Source: a virus. Taken from it: a stretch of 61,516 nt of DNA. The notes under the pieces are model-generated. The model worked only from the letters and a program-made list of their open reading frames with translations. It did not search any database and was not told the origin of the DNA. Positions 52,496 through 59,388 of this stretch are shown piece by piece. Position numbers and translations under genes: made by a program. The DNA lies in the IMG/VR virus record IMGVR_UViG_3300027908_000008, positions 1 to 61,516 of that record; one strand, written 5' to 3'. Position 1 is the first letter of the stretch. Each line of letters begins with the position of its first letter.

Positions 52496-53476
52496 ATGTC
52501 CATTCTCAGCCAGCCCCATTTCCACGACGAAACCGCCGCTTTCGAGTACGTCGAAGCGGCTCTTTGGCCCCAAGGTCCGGTCTGCCCGCACTGTGGTTGC
52601 ATGGGTCGTGTCTCGGCGCTCGCGCCCGTCCGTGGACACGTCAGCAAGAAGAGCCCCGAAGGCGCGATCCGCCTCGGTGTGAAGTTCTGCGGCGACTGCC
52701 GTAAGCAATTCACCGTCCGCGTCGGCACGATCTTCGAAGAGTCGAAACTCCCCATGACGAAGTGGCTGCAAGCCATCTTCCTGATGGTTTCGAGCAAGAA
52801 GGGCGTGTCGAGCCACCAGCTCATGCGGACCCTGGAAACCACCTACAAGACCGCGTGGTTTCTCTCGCACCGCATCCGGGAAGCCATGCGCGAGGGCGAC
52901 CTAGCGCCGTTCGGCTCGGGCGGCGGCGATGTCGAAGTTGACGAAACCTACATCGGCCGCGAACCCGACGCCGGCACGGATCGCAGCGGTGGCGTGGACA
53001 AGATGAAGGTGCTGCGCCTGATCGACCGCACGACCGGCCGTAGCCGTTCAATGGTCCTGGACAACGTGAACACCCGGACGATTGCCGAAGCGGTGTCCGC
53101 CAACCTCGCTCGCGAGGCCCGTCTGATCACGGACCAAGCCGGCTACTACAAGCGCGTCGGCGCCACCTTCGCGGCGCACGTCACGGTCAACCACAGCATC
53201 AAAGAGTACGTCTCCAAGCTGGACCCGTCCGTGCATACGAACACGATTGAAGGCTCGTTTTCGATCTTCAAGCGCGGCATGCGCGGCGTCTATCAGCATT
53301 GCGCCAAGAAGCACCTGCACCGCTATCTGGCCGAATTCGATTTCCGGTACTCGCATCGCGTCGCGCTTGGCATCGGCGACGAAGAGCGCGCCGGCATCGC
53401 GCTGGACGGCTTCCGGGGTCGCCGCCTGACCTACCGATCAACTGACGGCTGGAACGCGGCCCAAGGCGACCGGTAA
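52496..53476 (+). CDS. IS1595-family transposase (full length; zinc ribbon + HTH + ISXO2-like DDE domain)
   Basis: VCPHCGC...FCGDCRKQFTVRVGTIFEESKLPMTKWLQAIFLM...YKTAWFLSHRIREAM...DVEVDETYIG...ITDQAGYY...TNTIEGSFSIFKRGMRGVYQHCAKKHLHRYLAEFDFRYSHR. Confidence 0.85.
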   Translation: MSILSQPHFHDETAAFEYVEAALWPQGPVCPHCGCMGRVSALAPVRGHVSKKSPEGAIRLGVKFCGDCRKQFTVRVGTIFEESKLPMTKWLQAIFLMVSSKKGVSSHQLMRTLETTYKTAWFLSHRIREAMREGDLAPFGSGGGDVEVDETYIGREPDAGTDRSGGVDKMKVLRLIDRTTGRSRSMVLDNVNTRTIAEAVSANLAREARLITDQAGYYKRVGATFAAHVTVNHSIKEYVSKLDPSVHTNTIEGSFSIFKRGMRGVYQHCAKKHLHRYLAEFDFRYSHRVALGIGDEERAGIALDGFRGRRLTYRSTDGWNAAQGDR

Positions 53477-53537
53477 GAGGCACCGCTCGCGCTGGATCAC
53501 GAAGCGTCACACCTAGGGGGCTCCATACAGACATGAT

Positions 53538-54239
53538 ATGTTCCGCGCGATGACTGCGCCGGCCGCCTCGCGTGACCCGCTGTTTGCAGGGTTCTACAGC
53601 CTGAAAGAGGCTGCAGTGCTGCTTGGGCTTCCGAACAATCGTCGCCTGAAAGGATGGCTTGACGGCTGGAACAACAGTGGCGCTGGTCCAATCATCAACC
53701 GCGACTTTCCCGAAGGCGCTGTGAGCTTCCTCGATCTGATGGAGCTTCGCTTTGTCGATCATTTCACGCGCCAGAACGTGCCGCTGCAAACAATTCGGCG
53801 GGCCGCTGAACGCGCGCGACATGAATGGGGGGTGCAACATCCCTTGGCGCTCTCAAATGCGAAATACCTCACTGACCGCCGCAGAATATTTGGCCAGGTA
53901 GCCGAAGAAGACGGCGACAAATACACATGGGATATGGCGACCAACCAGCTTGAGATGTGGGTCGCAATCGAGAACATCATCGTCAAAGGTGTTGAGTTCT
54001 CGCCGGCAACAGAGCTGGCTCGCCTCTGGCGCCCGCGCCCTGATTGCCCAAACGTTATTCTTGACCCGAGGATTGCCTTCGGGCGCCCGTCCATCGGTTC
54101 GCGCGGCGTCCCCACTGTCGCTTTGTTCAAGCAGTGGAAGGCCGAAGATGGCGATAGCGGCCGCGTAGCTTCGTGGTTTCACGTGAAAACGGAAGAAGTC
54201 ACCGAGGCGGTCGAGTTTGAGTTGCTGATGGCCGCTTGA
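53538..54239 (+). CDS. DUF433-domain protein with an N-terminal extension (antitoxin-like)
   Basis: C-terminus ILDPRIAFGRPSIGSRGVPTVALFKQWKAEDGDSGRVASWFHVKTEEVTEAVEF. Confidence 0.7.
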   Translation: MFRAMTAPAASRDPLFAGFYSLKEAAVLLGLPNNRRLKGWLDGWNNSGAGPIINRDFPEGAVSFLDLMELRFVDHFTRQNVPLQTIRRAAERARHEWGVQHPLALSNAKYLTDRRRIFGQVAEEDGDKYTWDMATNQLEMWVAIENIIVKGVEFSPATELARLWRPRPDCPNVILDPRIAFGRPSIGSRGVPTVALFKQWKAEDGDSGRVASWFHVKTEEVTEAVEFELLMAA

Positions 54240-54529
54240 AAATTCGAGCCGACGAACATGTCTCTCCCGAGATCGTTCGGGCCGTGGTTTCCATGGCCAT
54301 CAGTAAGGGATTCGAGTTTTCACACGTATACGAGGCCAACCAAGGAGGCCACAAAGACGAGCATTGGATAACGGCGTTCGCCAACGACGGCGGCGAGGCC
54401 ATCATCACAGCAGACAGCGATTTTCATAAGCGACCGGCACAAGTTGTAGCCGTGTTTAACACCGGGATGAAGGTTATTCACCTTCCGCCCAAGTGGGGAA
54501 ACGCTAAGTGTCACCTCCAGGCCGCTTAG
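54236..54529 (+). CDS. DUF5615/PIN-like (Mut7-C-like) protein (toxin-like partner of DUF433)
   Basis: MKIRADEHVSPEIV...KDEHWITAFANDGGEAIITADSDF; 4-nt overlap with the upstream gene. Confidence 0.65.
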   Translation: MKIRADEHVSPEIVRAVVSMAISKGFEFSHVYEANQGGHKDEHWITAFANDGGEAIITADSDFHKRPAQVVAVFNTGMKVIHLPPKWGNAKCHLQAA

Positions 54530-54545
54530 AGTATGATGAACATGC

Positions 54546-54577
54546 AAACAGCCCGGCCGAATTCGGCCGGGCTGTTT
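54546..54577 (+). terminator. Rho-independent terminator
   Basis: aaacagcccggccg-aatt-cggccgggctgttt, perfect 14-bp arms including an A/T tail. Confidence 0.65.
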
Positions 54578-54634
54578 CAGCGACGACCAAAACTTTCACG
54601 GGTCGCGGTCGCGCTGTCGCTAAGGACTTGATTT

Positions 54635-55201
54635 ATGGCAGATTCCCTGGAGTCGGTCAACGTTGCCGCACGCCTATATCGCCGGTGGATCGAGGACGCG
54701 CTCAAAACGCCGCCGACGATTTCAAGGGCCGGCAACATTGCGCGCTGGACTGGCGTTGCCGAGGGGCTAGAGGCCGCGGCGGCTGAGTTGGAGCGCCTTC
54801 GGGTTTGGTCGAAGCCGGTACCGGCTTCTTATGGCGACCTTTCGGATCTGCCAGCCGAGCTACTCGCCCAGCTCAGCGGCGCGAAGACTGACCCGCTCGA
54901 AGAGCAAATACACGCCATCGTCAAGGCGGCTGGTGATGAAATCGAGCTTGATATGGTCTTGATTGAGCTTTTCCGCCGTCATGGCGAAATACACCAGCGC
55001 AGGTTCATTACGAATAAAGCTTATCGCATGGCCCAGAAGGGTGTCATTCACATCGTTCCTGGCCGAAAAGGCGTCTATTCAATCCACCCTCAGGAAAAAC
55101 GGGTGGTCGAGGACGGTGACTTCGGCGGATATTCGTCAGCACCAAAACCGACAGCCAAGGAGACCTTCTCGGCCGATCTGGATGACGAGATTCCCTTTTG
55201 A
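54635..55201 (+). CDS. Winged-helix-like protein ending in an SSB-type acidic tail (DLDDEIPF)
   Basis: AAGGA RBS; ...IELFRRHGEIHQRRFITNKAYRMAQKGVIHIVPGRKGVYSI...; last residues SADLDDEIPF. Confidence 0.5.
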   Translation: MADSLESVNVAARLYRRWIEDALKTPPTISRAGNIARWTGVAEGLEAAAAELERLRVWSKPVPASYGDLSDLPAELLAQLSGAKTDPLEEQIHAIVKAAGDEIELDMVLIELFRRHGEIHQRRFITNKAYRMAQKGVIHIVPGRKGVYSIHPQEKRVVEDGDFGGYSSAPKPTAKETFSADLDDEIPF

Positions 55202-55206
55202 CGGAA

Positions 55207-55234
55207 AACGCCCCGCCGTTGCGGGCGGGGCGTT
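55207..55234 (+). terminator. Rho-independent terminator
   Basis: aacgccccgcc-gttgcg-ggcggggcgtt, 11-bp GC-rich stem with a TT tail. Confidence 0.6.
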
Positions 55235-55242
55235 CCGGTGTT

Positions 55243-55316
55243 GGGCCTGGCAAGAGCGGAGTGACGGCTACCCACCTACAGCTCCGAGGGTGCAAGTCCC
55301 TCCAGGTCCACCTCCA
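55243..55316 (+). other. tRNA/tmRNA 3'-end-like fragment (acceptor + T arm, no anticodon arm)
   Basis: gggcctg...gaggg-tgcaagt-ccctc-caggtcc-a-cc; the 3' part resembles the ...GGGTTCAACTCCCGCCAGCTCCACCA type of ssrA ends; same odd T loop as tRNA 20262..20333. Confidence 0.35.
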
Positions 55317-55367
55317 TTTAGTACCGAGTGAGCATGGCGAAACAGTGAACCGGGTGCAAGGCACCCT

Positions 55368-55661
55368 ATGGATTGGCGCACAAGGATGGCTCAGACGATT
55401 GGCCAGTTCCGCAAAGTCGGTGATCTGATCGCCGCCTTCACGCGGCTTGGCTGCGAGGTGCGTTACACGCGCGTAGTCGTCTATCTTGACCAATCCACAG
55501 GTCAACCCAGCGACCCGGTCCGCTTCCTCCACAACCCGAAAACCGGGGGGTTCGTACCCATTGGGGATTTGGAGGACGATGAGCGCGTTCCGCCCAGCGA
55601 AGTTGAAAACTGGGAACGTCGTCTTGGTGTGGGCTCCGTGGACAACGGCGCGGTCCAATAG
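55368..55661 (+). CDS. HicA-like protein (weak similarity)
   Basis: FRKVGDLIAAFTRLGCEVR ... VPPSEVENWERRLGV mimic the HicA ends; start may be 55386. Confidence 0.35.
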   Translation: MDWRTRMAQTIGQFRKVGDLIAAFTRLGCEVRYTRVVVYLDQSTGQPSDPVRFLHNPKTGGFVPIGDLEDDERVPPSEVENWERRLGVGSVDNGAVQ

Positions 55662-55742
55662 GGCATTAACTCCCAGTTAGGCGGCGCATGGGCGTTCTCC
55701 ACGCATTGACGCCACGTGTTTCGACGCTAGATAGAACCCCAC

Positions 55743-56081
55743 ATGAAAGCTGCGCAGACTATGCCTCGCATCAAAGTCAGCGTGGTGGCTTTTCAAGAGG
55801 GCGACCTGTGGGTCGCCCAATGCGTCGAATACGACATAGCCGCCCACGCCCCCGCTCTTCCGAAGCTACCGGAGGCATTCGAGAAGGCGATTGCCGAGAA
55901 CCTGTGCATCAACGCCGAGTTGGGGCGCCAGGGGCTTGACGGGATTCCCGCCGCGCCGCCGCGCTTTCGCAAACTCTTCAAATCTGGCCTGGAACTTAAG
56001 ACGCCGCGCCGCGCGCCTGCCTCTGACGTCGGCAAGGTTGAGATTGGACGGCTAAGAGTTGCCGAAGCACACGCAGCCTAG
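55743..56081 (+). CDS. HicB-like antitoxin-fold protein
   Basis: IKVSVVAFQEGDLWVAQCVEYDIAAHAPALPKLPEAFEKAIAENL...GLDGIPAAPP. Confidence 0.6.
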   Translation: MKAAQTMPRIKVSVVAFQEGDLWVAQCVEYDIAAHAPALPKLPEAFEKAIAENLCINAELGRQGLDGIPAAPPRFRKLFKSGLELKTPRRAPASDVGKVEIGRLRVAEAHAA

Positions 56082-56223
56082 CGCCGCCACTGGCGCCACG
56101 CAGATAGACAAGTTCCGCGACCTGGCGCGCGAGCTTGATTGCGACACCGACGAAGCCGCCTTCAAGGCGAAGCTGGTGAAGATCGCCAAGGCGCCACGTC
56201 AGCCGGCCGAAAAGAAGACGTGA
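56059..56223 (+). CDS. Small protein (54 aa) with a DKFRDLARELDCDTDEAAFKAKL motif
   Basis: Hand-translated from TTG 56059; below the track cutoff; the motif recurs in small alphaproteobacterial ORFs as I recall them. Confidence 0.4.
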   Translation: MPKHTQPSAATGATQIDKFRDLARELDCDTDEAAFKAKLVKIAKAPRQPAEKKT

Positions 56224-56447
56224 CCCCCGATCTAGGCGTCATTCTGATCTGCGCGACAATTGCCATTGCGGCAGGGCTTGTCCTGCGCGCACTCGGCGAG
56301 GTCGCGAATCAACTAGCCCAACTCCGCACGGAAATGCTGCGCTATCACACCCGGATGGGAGAGGGTCACCTTCTGCGCGAGATCGCTCATACGTCGGAGA
56401 AAATGGCGGAATACCTACACAGAATATCGGATCGAGACTTGGGGTAA
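56220..56447 (+). CDS. Small TM + helical protein (75 aa)
   Basis: GTG 56220 (GTGA overlap) within track ORF 56139..56447; LGVILICATIAIAAGLVL. Confidence 0.4.
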   Translation: MTPDLGVILICATIAIAAGLVLRALGEVANQLAQLRTEMLRYHTRMGEGHLLREIAHTSEKMAEYLHRISDRDLG

Positions 56448-56477
56448 GAAAAATACTTCAAGGGCTCGGCGGAGGCC

Positions 56478-57038
56478 TTAGAACAGCGCCCCGTCGGTCA
56501 AATGCGCCGGTTTTCCGTCAGCAATCATGGCATCAACGTTTACCTTCGTGCCGGGGGAGATAACCGATAATTGCGCCTGCCACTTCGCGGGAAAATCCAC
56601 GAAGAACCACGCAATCTCACCAATACTGAGTTGCACAGTCAGGATTCCGTTCCCGCCCATGCTCACGGTCGCCATCGTTGCCGAGAACCTGATCCGCTTG
56701 CCGATGTAAGGACGCAGAAGCAAATCCACCTGAAGGTCCGTGGGGGGAGTGCCGCTGTAGAGGGCCGTGAACTTGTCGGAGACCGACGGCGGCGCGTAGT
56801 CGGCTCCATTGATCGGAGGGGCGCTGGCCGCGACTTGCGCCGGAGGCGTCGGCGGCGGCGACCACTTGCGCACCACCCATAAGCCACCCGCGAGCAGAAC
56901 CAGCACAAGGGGCAGGTAGTTGACCCAGCCAAAACCGCGCGGCACCAGCGCTCGCAGCTTCGGCGCATCCTTGATGGCTTGGTTTCCAGCCATAATTAGG
57001 CTGGCGAGAGCCAAGCAGGCGTATTCGATAGCCCCCAT
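56478..57038 (-). CDS. Membrane-anchored protein of unknown function
   Basis: Two N-terminal hydrophobic spans, a Pro-rich linker and a beta-rich C-domain; start 23 nt from the right inverted repeat. Confidence 0.5.
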   Translation of the reverse strand: MGAIEYACLALASLIMAGNQAIKDAPKLRALVPRGFGWVNYLPLVLVLLAGGLWVVRKWSPPPTPPAQVAASAPPINGADYAPPSVSDKFTALYSGTPPTDLQVDLLLRPYIGKRIRFSATMATVSMGGNGILTVQLSIGEIAWFFVDFPAKWQAQLSVISPGTKVNVDAMIADGKPAHLTDGALF

Positions 57039-57061
57039 GCCCTCAGCATAGCTTCAGCGCC

Positions 57062-57087
57062 ATGCGTTTGCAAAAGGCATAATCGCC
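57062..57087. repeat. Right inverted repeat partner of 52431..52456
   Basis: Reverse complement reads GGCGATTATGCCTTTTGCAAACGCAT. Confidence 0.55.
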
Positions 57088-57136
57088 AAACCGAGGGCTC
57101 GGTTACAGTGAAGATCAACCGAGGGGCGTTTCCGGC

Positions 57137-58171
57137 ATGGTGGCTAATGGCGGTCGCGCGCGCCGTTGGGGCGCATACGCTGCATTTGGAATAACGGTTG
57201 CCCTCTTAGGGCAGGCGACCGCTGCTCAGCCACCACACCCAGGCCATGGAGCTGGCGACGCAGGCTCCGTAGCCAATCAAGCTCCAAAGACCACAACGCA
57301 ACCAAGCGCTCCGGTCCCCATCGAACGCGACGTAGAGCGCGTTGCCAGCGCGCTTGAATCCAAGAACACCTACGACCAGTCCACCAAGGGCCAGCAAGAC
57401 GCACACGAGGCCGCTAAGGCCGCGACAGACGCCGCCGCATCGGCCCGAGACGCCGCCAATTGGGCGGGGGGCATGCTCATCGCCGCTTGGGCTGAGACGA
57501 CCGTAACGCTCGTTGGCGTTATCTTGGTCGGCGCCACGCTCGTTTACGCGAAGAAATCCGCCGAGGCCGCCAGCGACGCCACTGTCGAGATGGGAAAGAC
57601 CGCTAAAGCAACCAAAGATGCCGCTTGGGCGTCCGAGATAGCGGCACGAAACAGCGTCACCGCCACAACCCTCATTAGAGAGAATACCAGGGCGGAATTG
57701 CGCGCCTATATTGCTCTCGAAGGGATAGATTTTGAATGGACAGACACTCACGCGGCCGTTGTTCAGGTGAGTTGGAAAAACAATGGCGCCACGCCTACCG
57801 TGCGGGCCTTGACCCAAACAAACGTGAGAATGGAAGACTCGGACATGCCAGAGGGGTTTGAATATCCAGACGTCACAAGGGACAAACCCGTAATAGTCTC
57901 TCTGGGTCCCGGACAACACCGTAATTTCCACACAAACGAGAAAATTCACGTAGTAGATATCGAGAACGTCCAATCCGGGTATAAACACATACATGTTTGG
58001 GGATGGATTGAGTACTGTGACGTCTTCGACGGAAAAATCAGACACAGATCGGAGTTTTGCTCGGTACTCAAGACTCTCGGAAAAAAGGCAGAGAAGGTTT
58101 CGTACGTCTGGAACTCCTATGGGCCTTTCAATGGGACAGACGGGGACTGCTATCGAAAGCCAACCACATAG
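57137..58171 (+). CDS. Membrane protein of unknown function (344 aa)
   Basis: Signal-like N-terminus, central TM GMLIAAWAETTVTLVGVILVGATLVY, lower-GC C-terminal domain. Confidence 0.5.
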   Translation: MVANGGRARRWGAYAAFGITVALLGQATAAQPPHPGHGAGDAGSVANQAPKTTTQPSAPVPIERDVERVASALESKNTYDQSTKGQQDAHEAAKAATDAAASARDAANWAGGMLIAAWAETTVTLVGVILVGATLVYAKKSAEAASDATVEMGKTAKATKDAAWASEIAARNSVTATTLIRENTRAELRAYIALEGIDFEWTDTHAAVVQVSWKNNGATPTVRALTQTNVRMEDSDMPEGFEYPDVTRDKPVIVSLGPGQHRNFHTNEKIHVVDIENVQSGYKHIHVWGWIEYCDVFDGKIRHRSEFCSVLKTLGKKAEKVSYVWNSYGPFNGTDGDCYRKPTT

Positions 58172-58209
58172 CGCGGCTATCGCCGCAATGACGCGCACCG
58201 CGCGCCTCC

Positions 58210-58602
58210 CTAACCGGACCTATCCCCTCTCATGAGATGGCCCCGGCAGGGCGAAACGGCTTCCACCGTCTGCGCCATAATACCGGTCTTGTCCTTCTTT
58301 GCCGCCTCGCGGCGCTTCCTCATGTATTCTCGCTGGTAGGCGTTGCGGTCGAACTTGGAGCCTGCTGGCCGTTCGCCGCCGGCAATGCCTGTGTCGCCGG
58401 CGTCAGCCAGAGCTGGTTCAGACGCGCCGCATAAATCTCGTTCGCTCCCCACTGGGTTTGCGGGATGCTGTATGGCCACGGCGAGGCGAGGTTTTGGTTC
58501 GGCATCGGTTGCCCGGAGTGGGGGCAAAGATTTGCAGACATGGACGTCGCCGCTCCATCGAGGCTCGCCGCAGAATTTGCAGGCCGGGGCTTTCATCGAC
58601 AA
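58210..58602 (-). CDS. Zinc-ribbon protein with a FDRNAYQREYMRKRR tail
   Basis: CKFCGEPRWSGDVHVC; the C-terminal motif is related to the YxRxYMR tails of the CGH/CRxC miniproteins. Confidence 0.5.
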   Translation of the reverse strand: MSMKAPACKFCGEPRWSGDVHVCKSLPPLRATDAEPKPRLAVAIQHPANPVGSERDLCGASEPALADAGDTGIAGGERPAGSKFDRNAYQREYMRKRREAAKKDKTGIMAQTVEAVSPCRGHLMRGDRSG

Positions 58603-58630
58603 CGAGTCTAACAGCGAAGTGCAGGTTAGT

Positions 58631-59143
58631 CTAACTCTTTTCCGGTTCGCCCTTCGCCTGCGCCGCGACGAGCCAGGCGTGCAAGTCGCCGGTCACGTTG
58701 TGGTCTACGCCAACTCGATCCCCATACTTCTTCGGGTTCTTGCGGCCAGAGGTCCACTTGAAGGCGTCTATCGCTACACGCCCAGCCGCTGGATCAAGCT
58801 CGCCACGAGCAATCTGACGTCCCATGTCGGCTATGTCATCATGGTCCGCATCACCTGAAAGCATCATCGCGCGCGCGTATTGGTCAACGAAACCAACTAG
58901 TTCTGGCCTTTCGTCGTGGTTAGCCGCCCACTTCAGCACGGCCGCCTTGCTTGGCATCGTGTCATCGCGGCAGATAGACCGAAGGCTCTCCCCCTCGATC
59001 AGTCGCTCGCAGATGGCGTTGGCGATAGCGTGGCTGAACTCGACCGGCTGCTTGTGTGCGGGGGCCGGCGCGTAGCGCTCAGCGGCCAGCCGCTGCATCT
59101 CGGCTTTCGCGTCTTCGGAGACTAATGGGGGAACGATGCTCAC
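58631..59143 (-). CDS. Terminase small subunit-like protein
   Basis: FSHAIANAICERLIEGESLRSICRDDTMPSKAAVLKWAANHDE...FVDQYARA...AFKWTSGRKNPKKYGDRV matches a widespread TerS-annotated family. Confidence 0.6.
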   Translation of the reverse strand: MSIVPPLVSEDAKAEMQRLAAERYAPAPAHKQPVEFSHAIANAICERLIEGESLRSICRDDTMPSKAAVLKWAANHDERPELVGFVDQYARAMMLSGDADHDDIADMGRQIARGELDPAAGRVAIDAFKWTSGRKNPKKYGDRVGVDHNVTGDLHAWLVAAQAKGEPEKS

Positions 59144-59175
59144 GCTCGCTTAGCTACCCCCCTCGCCCCTGTTGC

Positions 59176-59388
59176 TCAAGGGGGTGATTGCGGCTTAGTT
59201 TGTTTCTCGGCGATCTCAAGGGAGAGCCTGTCTCCGAGCCAGCCAGCTTGCTGGTAGGTCCATGCATAGGCGATGGCTCGGTAAACATCGTCGCGCTTGG
59301 CATGGGGAAAGCGAACCCGCAACTCCTTCAATAGGTTAGCACCAGTTAGGTCGCCCATCAATAGGTCTGCGATCTCTTCCCAAATCAT
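59176..59388 (-). CDS. Hypothetical protein (70 aa)
   Basis: ATG 59388 (ATGA overlap with the helicase stop) within track ORF 59176..59481. Confidence 0.45.
   Translation of the reverse strand: MIWEEIADLLMGDLTGANLLKELRVRFPHAKRDDVYRAIAYAWTYQQAGWLGDRLSLEIAEKQTKPQSPP

Larger units (their letters stand above)
52431..57087. mobile_element. Candidate IS1595-family element with passenger genes (4,657 bp between inverted repeats)
   Basis: GGCGATTATATACTTTGCAAACGCAT (52431-52456) and its inverted partner (57062-57087) match 22/26; transposase at the left end; no target duplication seen. Confidence 0.45.

Noticed and set aside
55243-55316. Possible fourth functional tRNA
   Set aside because: The acceptor and T arms pair, but no 5-bp/7-nt anticodon arm or D arm can be drawn in the intervening 34 nt, and the terminus reads ACCT rather than ACCA. 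It is kept only as a tRNA/tmRNA-like fragment.
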